A program made the position numbers and the translations under genes. A DNA stretch of 30,829 nucleotides from Myxococcales bacterium (GTDB lineage Bacteria > Myxococcota_A > Polyangia > Polyangiales > Polyangiaceae), in contig JAYTOU010000022.1 of assembly GCA_043747615.1 (NCBI GenBank), positions 1 to 30,829 of the forward strand, in the 5' to 3' direction. Of the stretch, positions 20,268 through 28,869 are shown piece by piece (the stretch's first letter is position 1; every line of letters starts with the position of its first letter). The notes under the pieces are model-generated. The model was not told where the DNA came from. It saw nothing but the letters and a program-made list of their open reading frames with translations, and searched no databases.

Positions 20268-23200
20268 TTAGCGGCGTCTTCGCGCTAGGAAGGCGAGCCC
20301 GAGAGCTGCGCATGCGGCAAGGAGCGCACGCAACGGCGAGCCTGCGTTTGGGGCCATGGCGCAACCACCAGCATCAAAGGCGTCCATCGTCGGCGGGATG
20401 GGGCCCAAGCACTCCAACGGTTTCGCCGCTCGCTTGATGGTGCCCTGCGCGAGCTTCTGCCCGTAGTCGCCGGTGTTCGCGTTGTCGTGGTGGATTGACT
20501 CCCAGGAGACGACGCCGTCGTCGCGCCCCTTGGTGCGCCATGCGTAGAGATTTCCGTCACGTGTTCCGACCACGACGTCGAGCGCGTGATCGCCGTTGAT
20601 GTCGCCGACCGAAGCCGTGCTTGCGATCCAACCGTCGGTGAACTTGGGCCAGCCTTCGGCCTCGAGGCCGCAGCCGTTGACCGCGCGAAGGAAGTAGGAT
20701 CCCGTCCCGGTGATCACCTCGGGATAGTCGTCGCCGGTGATGTCGGCAACGGCGTGGTTGACGAAGAAGGTGTAGTCCTCAACCACAACTGGTGAGCCCG
20801 GAAGCATGTGCCCCGTCTTGCCACTCCACATAGCGAGCAAATGTTGGAACGGTTTCGGCTGCGAGGATCCAGCCAAATTTCCAGCCAAGCTGAGCGATCC
20901 GCCGGACATGATGATGTCGGGTGTGCCGTCTTGATCGAGGTCAGCGAAAGAGGGCTGGCTGAAGAGCGGGAACATCGTGTCCGGCCGGAACGCCTTGGTC
21001 TGCTCGCCGAACGTGCTCGTGGGATCGAAGCCGCGGGTCACCGTTCCGTCGTCGGCCGTCACCACCGGGAGCTTGTTGGGAGGGTCGCTGAAACCGGATT
21101 GCTTTCCGGGGTCGGCGGCGAGCAGATACGGAGGAGCGCCGTTTCCTTGGAAGAGCACGTCGGGCTTGTGGTCGCCGTCGACGTCGGCGATCACGGGGGA
21201 GCTGTCGACACCTTCGGCTACGACGGGAAAGAGATGGAGCGACACGAGGGTGACCGGCCAGTTCGGAAGATACGGCCCGCCTGGCGCATTGTTGCCGCGA
21301 CCGTCGACCACGAACGCGGGGCCCGAGCCTCCGCCACCACCGATCTCTTCGTTGGAGCCGCTCGCAAGATCGGGGATCCCGTCACCGTTAAAGTCGGCGA
21401 CGGCCGGCGTAGTGAAAATACGATTTTGCTTTTCCGTCCGCGGGGAATGAAGCAGCACCGGAAAGCCTGCGAGAGGGCTTCCATCGGCGTGAAACACGTA
21501 GATGTTGCCGTCGAAGGCGGACTGCACGATCTCCGGTTTTCCGTCCTTGTCCATGTCGACGAGAACGGGGCTGCCGAACGCGCCGCGGGCAAAGCCGTGC
21601 TTCGTGTCCATGCACGGCGAGGCGGGCTTGGGCTTCGCGGGATCCTGCGGGCACGAAGGGACGAGCGGAAGTCGCTTGGGCCATCCGGGAAGCGCGTTGG
21701 CCTGGTGGTCGATGACGTAGAGCGTCCCCTCGTAGCTGATGAGGACGATCTCCGGTTTTCCGTCTCCGTCGAGATCGCCGACTGCCGGCGCGCTGATGAT
21801 CGATTCACGCGCGATGCTTGGATCGACGCCGCCTCCAGGGCCATTCGCGTACGCCGGGGCATTGAGGTAGCTCGGAACGGTGGGCTCCGTGGTGAGTGAA
21901 GAATTCAGCCCGTCGATCGGCAGCGTGCGAAATGGAAAGCGTTCGATGTCCGCTGGAACCCCTGTTTTCATAGAGTAAACGTGGACCTCGCCGGCGCTGG
22001 TCGCGGCCACGATGTCCCTCACTTGATCGCCGTCGATGTCGGCGAGCTTCGTGCTGGCCTCGGACGAACCATTGAGCTTGATCGGAAATCCTGGAAGTAG
22101 ATCGCCGTCGATGCCGTTTCGGTCGTTGACCACTGCGATCGTGCGCCGAGCCTCGCCGGTGACGTCGCCGTTCGCGTAGTGGGCCGTGGCGCGAACCCGA
22201 AGAGTGATGGTGCGATCGTTCTCGTGATGGATCGAATCGGGGTCTGCGGTGTGCGCGGTGTCGATCTGACGAGGATCAATGGTCGCGAGGGGAGTGGTGG
22301 TCCCGCCGCTCACCGTCGCGGCTGGCACGTTGTGCATTTCCCCGGTGAGGGCGCGGAAATCACGGTCGTCGGGCTCGACCCCGGCGGCCCACTCGACCTT
22401 GTAGTCGTAGGACTTCGCGCGCGTGGCCGAGACGTGGCCAACGATGCTCACTGGTCCGCTCGAGCGATCCGAGTAGAGCGTGTCGAACCAATCCGGCGAG
22501 ACGATGTCGACCTCGGGCGGAATGAGCCCGTCTTTGATCATTTGCATGGCGCGAGCCGCGTTCGCCCTTCCGTAGCCGAAGCGCTGATCCCACCCGGGCT
22601 TCGACTCGTAGAACCTTTGCGGCGTGTTCGGGTCCGGCATCGCGGTCACGTGCGACTCGACCACGTCGATGTCATCGGCGGTGGTCTTGAAAAGCTGCAT
22701 CACTTCTTCGGCGCTCAGATGCAGGGGCTGGGGCTGCGAGAGGGCCATCGAGTACATGAGGGCCGCGATTCCCGATCCTCGTCCGGTGGCTTCGCTCGAG
22801 CACGACGGCCCGCTGATGCTCATGGCCAGGTTTCCGCCGAAGTTCGTGCACGTGTTGAAGGCGAGAAACGTAGTCGCCGTCTCTGCGGATCCGCCGTCGT
22901 GGGTGATCGCGTGCACCGGCAGTGTGTGGTTCGCCGTCCCAGGCAGGTTGTGGTGACGCGAATTTTCGTCGGCCATGCTGGCGATGACCACCACGCCGTG
23001 CGCGTAGGCGTAATCGATGGCCGCGCGCGAAAAGGCGTTCTGGTTAAGCGTGCCGAGCGCTTCCTGGACGACGCTCACGCCGTTGTCGGTCGCGTAAATC
23101 ACGGCCTTGGCGAAGTCATTCGCGTTCGCAATGAAGCTGTCGCCCACGCGCATCGGAAGAAATCGGCAAAGCGGACAGCCGCCGATCCCGCCGGCGCTGT

Positions 23201-23966
23201 TGTTTCCCTCGCCTGCGGAGTCGTTCGCTTCGCCCGTGCCGTGGCCGTAGCGCGTGTCGTCGTAGGCGTTGTTGTCGTTCTTGTAGAAGTCCCAGCCGGA
23301 GATGTCGTCGACGTAGCCGTTGGCGTCGTCATCAATTCCGTCGCTGAACATCTCGATCAGATCGCCGGCGTCGAGGATGCAGTTGTGATTCAGATCCCCC
23401 TTGATGCGATCTGCGCCTGGCTGTTTCGGATCATCCTGGTTCAAGCATTTGTCGCCCGCCACCACCGGAGAAATGCGCGGATCATCGCGGTAGTCCGCCA
23501 CCGAAAACACGCCGTCCGCGTCGCAGTCGTAGCCCGCCAGCGCTCCCGTACCGCCGCACGGTTGCCCAAGGGCGGTCTTTGGGCGATGGGCCCCGCGGAG
23601 CTCGAGCGCGTTCAGATACGCCTTGTTGACGAGCTCGGCTTCGTCCCACTTGATCCCGGAGTCGATGACCGAGATGCGCACTTCTGGGCGACCGATCGTG
23701 TACGTCCAGGCTTTGTCGACGCTCATCCCGGAGGCGCCGAGCTTCTTGTCTGCGTCGAGGTACGGAGCGGTGTTGTCCGCCTGCTTCGGTAAAAAGGAGT
23801 GCCACTGCCACGTACCGCCGTAGCCCGGATCATTCGGCCAATTCGCGGGGTTCGTCAGATCGTCGTTCGGCTGCGGAGGCCAGGCGGCGTGGGCGACGTC
23901 GGAGCGCTGCGATAGACCAATGGCGCCAAGCGCCACCAAGAGGGCCGCCATGCGAAGCGATTTCAT
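20268..23966 (-). CDS. S8 (subtilase) family protease with FG-GAP/VCBS beta-propeller and MYXO-CTERM anchor
   Basis: Signal peptide ending AHA-A. Asp motif SVIDSG, YVDDISGWDF, His motif YGHGT, Ser motif CSSEATG, FGYGRANA. Repeated [AG]D[ILVF][DN]GDG repeats. C-terminus GGCAMAP...LGLAFLARRRR. Confidence 0.88.
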   Translation of the reverse strand: MKSLRMAALLVALGAIGLSQRSDVAHAAWPPQPNDDLTNPANWPNDPGYGGTWQWHSFLPKQADNTAPYLDADKKLGASGMSVDKAWTYTIGRPEVRISVIDSGIKWDEAELVNKAYLNALELRGAHRPKTALGQPCGGTGALAGYDCDADGVFSVADYRDDPRISPVVAGDKCLNQDDPKQPGADRIKGDLNHNCILDAGDLIEMFSDGIDDDANGYVDDISGWDFYKNDNNAYDDTRYGHGTGEANDSAGEGNNSAGGIGGCPLCRFLPMRVGDSFIANANDFAKAVIYATDNGVSVVQEALGTLNQNAFSRAAIDYAYAHGVVVIASMADENSRHHNLPGTANHTLPVHAITHDGGSAETATTFLAFNTCTNFGGNLAMSISGPSCSSEATGRGSGIAALMYSMALSQPQPLHLSAEEVMQLFKTTADDIDVVESHVTAMPDPNTPQRFYESKPGWDQRFGYGRANAARAMQMIKDGLIPPEVDIVSPDWFDTLYSDRSSGPVSIVGHVSATRAKSYDYKVEWAAGVEPDDRDFRALTGEMHNVPAATVSGGTTTPLATIDPRQIDTAHTADPDSIHHENDRTITLRVRATAHYANGDVTGEARRTIAVVNDRNGIDGDLLPGFPIKLNGSSEASTKLADIDGDQVRDIVAATSAGEVHVYSMKTGVPADIERFPFRTLPIDGLNSSLTTEPTVPSYLNAPAYANGPGGGVDPSIARESIISAPAVGDLDGDGKPEIVLISYEGTLYVIDHQANALPGWPKRLPLVPSCPQDPAKPKPASPCMDTKHGFARGAFGSPVLVDMDKDGKPEIVQSAFDGNIYVFHADGSPLAGFPVLLHSPRTEKQNRIFTTPAVADFNGDGIPDLASGSNEEIGGGGGSGPAFVVDGRGNNAPGGPYLPNWPVTLVSLHLFPVVAEGVDSSPVIADVDGDHKPDVLFQGNGAPPYLLAADPGKQSGFSDPPNKLPVVTADDGTVTRGFDPTSTFGEQTKAFRPDTMFPLFSQPSFADLDQDGTPDIIMSGGSLSLAGNLAGSSQPKPFQHLLAMWSGKTGHMLPGSPVVVEDYTFFVNHAVADITGDDYPEVITGTGSYFLRAVNGCGLEAEGWPKFTDGWIASTASVGDINGDHALDVVVGTRDGNLYAWRTKGRDDGVVSWESIHHDNANTGDYGQKLAQGTIKRAAKPLECLGPIPPTMDAFDAGGCAMAPNAGSPLRALLAACAALGLAFLARRRR

Positions 23967-24067
23967 GGCCGGCAAGCTATCACGAAGCACCGCTCGCGCC
24001 GTCGACGGCGTGTCTCCACGGAGTCTCCCCCACGTGAGGGGAGGCGCGAGCGGTCAGGACTCTCGTC

Positions 24068-24406
24068 TCAGTCGGCTTTCTTGAGCGCGCACTCCTCATA
24101 GGCCTGTAGCTGGGTTCCGCACGCCGCGATAGGCGCGTGCCCAACCGACTTGCCGGACGCATCGCAGTTGACCTTGGAGGTCTGGGGATCGCACGCGGTC
24201 AGGTCCTGCGCTTGCTTGAGGCAGCGATTGCAATCGTCCGCCACTAACTGCGTCGTTCCTTCGTCGTTCGGACAAGCCTTGTAGCCGGATGCGGGGCAGG
24301 AGAAGCCGCTGCCGCTGCCCGTCGTGCTCGAGCTTGAACAGGCGGCGATGCTCGCGCAAATGAAGCCGAAGGCGGTGATGCTCATGGTGATCATGCGAAG
24401 GTTCAT
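24068..24406 (-). CDS. Small Cys-rich lipoprotein
   Basis: Lipobox IAAC followed by a Ser/Gly linker and eight further Cys. AAGGGG SD upstream of ATG 24406. Confidence 0.8.
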   Translation of the reverse strand: MNLRMITMSITAFGFICASIAACSSSSTTGSGSGFSCPASGYKACPNDEGTTQLVADDCNRCLKQAQDLTACDPQTSKVNCDASGKSVGHAPIAACGTQLQAYEECALKKAD

Positions 24407-24524
24407 TTAAATCCCCTTTATGCGGTGAACTGAGAAAAGCGCGGGAGTCGCCCGCGGAGAGCAGACGTGCCTTGATACAGTCCGATTCACCCGCGAGCAA
24501 AAAAACTCGTTTGTCCGGGTGGGG

Positions 24525-25133
24525 CTAGAACTCGCCGAAGAGATCTTGAATGCGCGATTCGAGCGCGATGGCGATCTTGTAGAGCGAGGAGATGGACGCG
24601 GAGGACTCCGCCCGTTCGATCTGCGACAAGAGCGAGACGCTCAGCGCCGTCCGCCGCGACATTTGCTTGAGCGTCAGATCTTTTTCTTTTCGCAGATTGC
24701 GGATCGTGTCGCCGATTACGCGGTGGAGCTGTTCTTCGGGCGTGCGGGCCAGGCCCTTCTTCCGCATGACGCGGCCGAGCACCTCGCGGAACTCGTCCAC
24801 GTTGAAAGGCTTCTTGATGTAGTCGACTGCATCGAGCTTCATGGAGGCGACGGCGCTCTCGAGGTTCGGGAACCCGGTGAAAATGACGACCGCGATGTCC
24901 GTGTCGAGCTTCCGGATCCGGCGCAAGACCTCGATGCCGTCGAGCTTCGGCATCATCAAGTCCAGGATGACCATGTGGTAACCGCCCGCCCGCACTTCTT
25001 CTTCGACGGTCGTCGGGTCGCTCAGCGTCTTGACCTGAAACCCGTCGCGTTCGAGCAGGGTCTGCATGTACTCGCAGATCGCTCGGTCGTCGTCGACGAT
25101 GAGGATGCGAACCGACGGCAGCTCGTTAGACAT
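24525..25133 (-). CDS. Response regulator: receiver domain plus XRE-family HTH
   Basis: ILIVDDD, LDLMMP (phospho-Asp), FTG, KKPF. C-terminal IGDTIRNLRKEKDLTLKQMSRRTALSVSLLSQIERAESSASISSLYKIAIAL. Confidence 0.92.
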   Translation of the reverse strand: MSNELPSVRILIVDDDRAICEYMQTLLERDGFQVKTLSDPTTVEEEVRAGGYHMVILDLMMPKLDGIEVLRRIRKLDTDIAVVIFTGFPNLESAVASMKLDAVDYIKKPFNVDEFREVLGRVMRKKGLARTPEEQLHRVIGDTIRNLRKEKDLTLKQMSRRTALSVSLLSQIERAESSASISSLYKIAIALESRIQDLFGEF

Positions 25134-25145
25134 GCGCGCCACAGT

Positions 25146-25170
25146 AAAACTAAACTTCCCGCGGGGGAAG
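25146..25170 (-). terminator. Putative intrinsic terminator
   Basis: Minus strand CTTCCC-CCGC-GGGAAG hairpin followed by TTTAGTTTT, 20 nt after the TAA at 25191. Confidence 0.45.
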
Positions 25171-25190
25171 ATCCTGCGGACGACGGCGGG

Positions 25191-25567
25191 TTATTGCTTG
25201 GTGAACGTATAGGAGGCGGTTACCCCCGCATCGCCACGCGCCGAGTAGACCCTGCTGGGCAATGGATCGCAACGTTGATCGCGCTGCCGTTCGTGCTGAA
25301 TGACCCCGTTTGGGAGAGGGATCCGCTCGCGATCTGGAAGGTCTCGCCCGCGATCACGTTGGTCTCGCGGATCAGCGCACCGGTGGGCCCCGTGGCGCCG
25401 GCATCCGCGGTGAAGATCGTCGCTGCGGTGACGAAATACGTTCCGTCGACGATGCTCCCTCCGGTTGGCGCGGGTGGATCGCCGGTCGCGTACTGCTGCG
25501 CGATGATCGGCGCGGTGTTCGCGACCATGTTGCACGAGACGGGGAGGACACACGTGCGGGGAGTCAT
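25191..25567 (-). pseudogene. Truncated/frameshifted gene for a beta-rich secreted-type protein
   Basis: Frame 25567-25220 gives CNMVANTAP...PPAPTGGSIVDGTYFVT...AIHCP. A plausible C-terminus VYSARGDAGVTASYTFTKQ* lies in the adjacent frame (stop 25191). No signal peptide, and an in-frame TAG lies about 9 codons upstream of the ATG. Confidence 0.55.
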
Positions 25568-25588
25568 GTGGTCGAAGAATACCGGCGC

Positions 25589-25617
25589 TTGACCCTAAGG
25601 GAGCGATTCTCTAATTT
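25589..25617 (+). promoter_or_regulatory. Sigma70-type promoter for a leaderless methyltransferase mRNA
   Basis: TTGACC (25589-25594), 17 nt, TAATTT (25612-25617), 6 nt, GTG (25624). Confidence 0.65.
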
Positions 25618-25623
25618 CTCACG

Positions 25624-26334
25624 GTGACTCGCCCATCGGATCGCGAATTCGCCGATGCCGCGCGAGTGCAAGCGGCGCCATTGCCAGAAATTTACGGTCG
25701 TGCGGCGATCAACAACATTGCCCGTGCGCTTCCCCCCTTCGAGCGCGCCTACGCCTACGCGCGCTTCTCGATTCTCCGGGCCAAGCTTCTTTCGGTCATG
25801 GATCTCCTCCTCCCGGACGAAGGGCGAATCCTCGACGTGGGCTGCGGATTCGGCCTTTTTGCTGCGTACTTTGGACAGATGCACCGTCGACGGGAGATCC
25901 TCGGGATCGATCCCGATGCGCGCCGCATCAAGATGGCCGAGAAGGTCACGACATCGCTCGGTCTGAAGAACACCTTCGTCGCCGCCGACGCGCGCGACGC
26001 CAGCATTCAAGGTCCGTTCGACGCGGCGTACGTGCTCGACGTGATGCATCACATCCCGGCCGGAGATCAGCTTCCGATGCTGGCTCGCCTGCGCGATCTA
26101 CTTGCGCCGCGCGGTGTCCTCATTCTGAAAGAGGTGACCACCGAGCCGGCATTCGGGCTCAAGTTCACCGAGCTGCTCGATCGCGTGATGGTCGGCTGGA
26201 ACGAGCCGCTCAACTACAGGCATCACCACGAGTGGGGCGCGCTTCTCCACTCGCTGGGGTTCAAGGTGCGCATGGTCCGCGTTCCGGACGTGCTCCCGTA
26301 CCCGCACGTCGTCATCGCCGCGCAAAAGATCTGA
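25624..26334 (+). CDS. Class I SAM-dependent methyltransferase
   Basis: Motif [39 protein letters not shown]. Confidence 0.92.
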   Translation: MTRPSDREFADAARVQAAPLPEIYGRAAINNIARALPPFERAYAYARFSILRAKLLSVMDLLLPDEGRILDVGCGFGLFAAYFGQMHRRREILGIDPDARRIKMAEKVTTSLGLKNTFVAADARDASIQGPFDAAYVLDVMHHIPAGDQLPMLARLRDLLAPRGVLILKEVTTEPAFGLKFTELLDRVMVGWNEPLNYRHHHEWGALLHSLGFKVRMVRVPDVLPYPHVVIAAQKI

Positions 26335-26341
26335 GCGAGAG

Positions 26342-26371
26342 AAAAAACTGCGGAGGAGCCGGGCCTCCGCA
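26342..26371 (-). terminator. Intrinsic terminator downstream of tRNA-Pro
   Basis: 8-bp stem TGCGGAGG/CCTCCGCA (26349-26371) with a 7-nt loop, followed on the minus strand by GTTTTTT. Confidence 0.8.
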
Positions 26372-26377
26372 AAAAAC

Positions 26378-26443
<66 letters not shown>

Positions 26444-26453
<10 letters not shown>

Positions 26454-27943
26454 AGTGAAACGCCCGCGTTATGGCGGCCGCGCGCGTTTCCGTCAATCCC
26501 TTTCGCGTCCGAGAGGACAGCGACAAGTGGCGCGTAGTCGAGCCGCCACGCGCCGCGCTGCCACCTTCGCCACGAAAGAAAGGAGGCAACGGTGGTCTCC
26601 GCGATGAAGCCGCACCAGCCACCCGCGGCGCCCCATCCAGCCATTTTGCCCAGGAAATAAGCTGCAGTGGGGACGCAGGTCCACGTCGCGCCGATCCCGA
26701 TGAGGGCGACCACGCGCACGTCCTTGGCGCCGCGCAACGCCCCGCGAAGGACGATGTTGACCGCGTCGAGAACCTGAAAAATAGCTGCAATATACAATAA
26801 TCGCTGGGCGATGCGCACGACCACCGGATCCCGGGTGAACACGCCGGCGATACCGCTCGCGAAGACCGCGAACAGGAGCCCGCACACTCCCATGAACGAT
26901 GCGGCCAGCTTGAGCGCAGCGAACGTCACCCGGTCAGCCTCGTCGAGCCGCCTCTCACCGAGCGCGCGTCCCACGAGGACGCAGCCCGCCTCGGAGATTG
27001 CGACGCCGGGCAAAAACGAGGTGCGAATGGTAGCCAGCGCGATCTGGTGGGCGGCGATCTCCTGGCTGGAGATGCTTCCGAGGATGGCGGTGAATGCGGT
27101 GAAGGCGAGCATCTCGAACCCGAACTGCATCCCGGTGGGGACGCCGAGCTCCGCCACCTCGTGAAGCGCTCGTCGCCAGGGGAGGGTGCTCGCGCCCTTC
27201 TGCTTCAGGAGCAACCCGCCCATCACGAGGAGCTCGACGTTCTCCGTGAACGCGGTGGCGTAGCCTGCGCCGCGCACGCCGAGCGCAGGAAAACCGGCCT
27301 TCCCGTAGATGAGCGTGATGGCCAGCGCGGCGTTGAGCACGTTGCCGGCGATGCCGATCACCATGGGTGTGCGAGAGTCGCCGATCGCCTGGCGATGCTG
27401 GATGAGGGCCGCGAGCGCGCAGGTCGCGGGCGCGCCGAAGGTAACGGCGCCGAGAAATTCCTGCGCAGGAGCCTTGATGGATGCATCCACCCCGAGAAGA
27501 TCGAGCGCCCACGTGACGTCACGGGCAATGAGGAAGATGAACACGCCGGCACTCGCGCCGAGGATGACCCCTGCGCGAGCGTAGACGAGACCGTCTTGTG
27601 CGCGCCCCCCTCCGACGGCGAAAGAGGTGCGCACCTTCACGCCTCGCATCAAACCGAAGATGATCGCGTACTGGAGGTACATCAGCGTGGTGGCGATCCC
27701 CACGCCGCCAAGCGCGACGGCGCTGATCCCGCCGACGAGCTTGGTGTCCACGAGACCGATCATCGTCTCGCCGACCATCGCCGCAGCGATGGGCCAGGCA
27801 AGCGTCACGAGCTCGTTTCGAGTCTTCCTTCGGGCGTGGGCCGCACGCAATATCCCGAAGGGTGCAAAGGCAATCGGTCGCTCGCTGCGCTTGTGTAGAG
27901 CTGCAGGAGCGACCCTTCGTTTGAGTCTTTCGAACCGTTCCAT
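26444..27943 (-). CDS. MATE family efflux transporter (NorM-like)
   Basis: LAWPIAAA...[53 protein letters not shown] 27943 with GAGGAG SD 6 nt upstream. The stop TAG lies inside tRNA-Pro. Confidence 0.92.
26468..26496 (-). promoter_or_regulatory. Sigma70-type promoter of tRNA-Pro (inside the MATE 3' tail)
   Basis: TTGACG (26496-26491), 17 nt, CATAAC (26473-26468), GC-rich discriminator GCGGGCG. Confidence 0.65.
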
Positions 27944-27949
27944 CACCGT

Positions 27950-28011
27950 CTCCTCGATAGCCCTTCCTGGTTACTCAGGCGATTTCGCCTGGCTTCCGGG
28001 GCTGTCGGAGG
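27950..28011 (-). promoter_or_regulatory. Putative SD-sequestering leader hairpin (attenuator)
   Basis: mRNA CCUCCGACAGCCC (28011-27999) can pair with GGGCUAUCGAGG (27963-27952), which includes the SD. Internal hairpin CAGGCG-AAAU-CGCCUG (27991-27976). Confidence 0.55.
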
Positions 28012-28019
28012 TTCGGCGA

Positions 28020-28121
28020 TTAGGTGCTGCTCGTGCGCGCCATGCCGACGATGGACGTCGGACGCTTTCCGGAATGCGGAAGAGCGCACGTTGCGTGCAT
28101 CGTGAAATGTTGCTTCGCCAT
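28020..28121 (-). CDS. Putative 33-aa leader peptide (leaderless uORF)
   Basis: MAKQHFTMHATCALPHSGKRPTSIVGMARTSST*. The ATG lies 7 nt after a -10 box and the stop lies 8 nt before the hairpin. Confidence 0.45.
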   Translation of the reverse strand: MAKQHFTMHATCALPHSGKRPTSIVGMARTSST

Positions 28122-28128
28122 GACCATG

Positions 28129-28157
28129 AAGATGACCGTTCGTCGTGCCTTCGTCAA
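28129..28157 (-). promoter_or_regulatory. Sigma70-type promoter for the leader peptide-MATE transcript
   Basis: TTGACG (28157-28152), 17 nt, CATCTT (28134-28129). Same style as the two tRNA promoters (CATACT, CATAAC). Confidence 0.6.
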
Positions 28158-28171
28158 ATGTCGAAACGACT

Positions 28172-28843
28172 TCAGGCGAGGTGTTTGCGGAGAAACTCGA
28201 GCGTGCGATCCCAAGCCAGCTTCGCGGCGGCGGCGTTGTAGGCCTCGGGCCGCGAGTCGTTGAAGAAGGCGTGATCGGCGTCGTAGACGTGGAGCTCCAT
28301 GGTCTTTCCGAGTGCCTCGAGCTCTTTCCTGATCGCTTCAGCGAGCTCCGGCTTTGCCCACGCGTCCGTCTTCGCGAAGTGCGCTTGAATCGGAGCGGTG
28401 ATCCTTGCGCAGTCCGTGCTCGGCGGAACTCCGTAGAACGGCACGACGGCGGCGATCCCCGGAACGACGCACGCCGCACTGAATGCGTACGCCCCCCCGA
28501 GGCAGAAGCCCATCACCGCGACCTTGCCGTTCGATTGCGGATGAGACGCGAGAAAGCCGACGGCGCCCGCGATCTCGTCGAGAGCGCTCTCGGGGTCGAG
28601 CTCCGACACGAGCTTCTTGGCTTCTGCGGCGTTCGTGGCGACCTTGCCGTGATAGAGATCCGGCGCGAGCGCGAGAAATCCGGCGTCGGCGAGGCGCGCA
28701 GCGACCGACTTCACGTGTTCGTTCACGCCCCAGTACTCATGAATGAGCACGATGGCAGGCGACTTGGTCGTCCCGTCGGGGGCCGCAAGCTCACCCGAGG
28801 CTGCTGTTCCGCTTTTCGACTTGAATTTCACCGCTGCGCTCAT
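28172..28843 (-). CDS. Dienelactone hydrolase family protein
   Basis: IHEYWGVN, APDLYHG, nucleophile GFCLGG, FYG, Asp in AKTD, His in ADHAFFND. Start MSAAVKFK. Confidence 0.93.
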   Translation of the reverse strand: MSAAVKFKSKSGTAASGELAAPDGTTKSPAIVLIHEYWGVNEHVKSVAARLADAGFLALAPDLYHGKVATNAAEAKKLVSELDPESALDEIAGAVGFLASHPQSNGKVAVMGFCLGGAYAFSAACVVPGIAAVVPFYGVPPSTDCARITAPIQAHFAKTDAWAKPELAEAIRKELEALGKTMELHVYDADHAFFNDSRPEAYNAAAAKLAWDRTLEFLRKHLA

Positions 28844-28869
28844 GCCGCGCACGATAGTATAAAGCGGCA

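Noticed and set aside
20500..22100. Recurring GTCG/CCGTC motifs as a DNA repeat or CRISPR array
   Set aside because: They encode the protein-level FG-GAP (DxDGDG) repeats. There is no constant repeat-spacer periodicity and no cas genes.
22179..23792. Long antisense ORFs (e.g. 22179-23792 +, 9980-11203 +, 12518-13582 -, 24519-25592 +)
   Set aside because: They mirror well-supported genes, as expected from high-GC3 codon bias, and show no motifs of their own.
23997..24010. Perfect 14-bp palindrome CGCCGTCGACGGCG upstream of the S8 promoter
   Set aside because: GC-rich GTCGAC-centred palindromes are frequent in this composition, and there is no other support for an operator.
24488..24521. Imperfect hairpin CACCCG-CGAG...CTCG-CGGGTG after the response regulator
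   Set aside because: The U-tract lies in the loop rather than after the stem, so it cannot be supported as a terminator or ncRNA.
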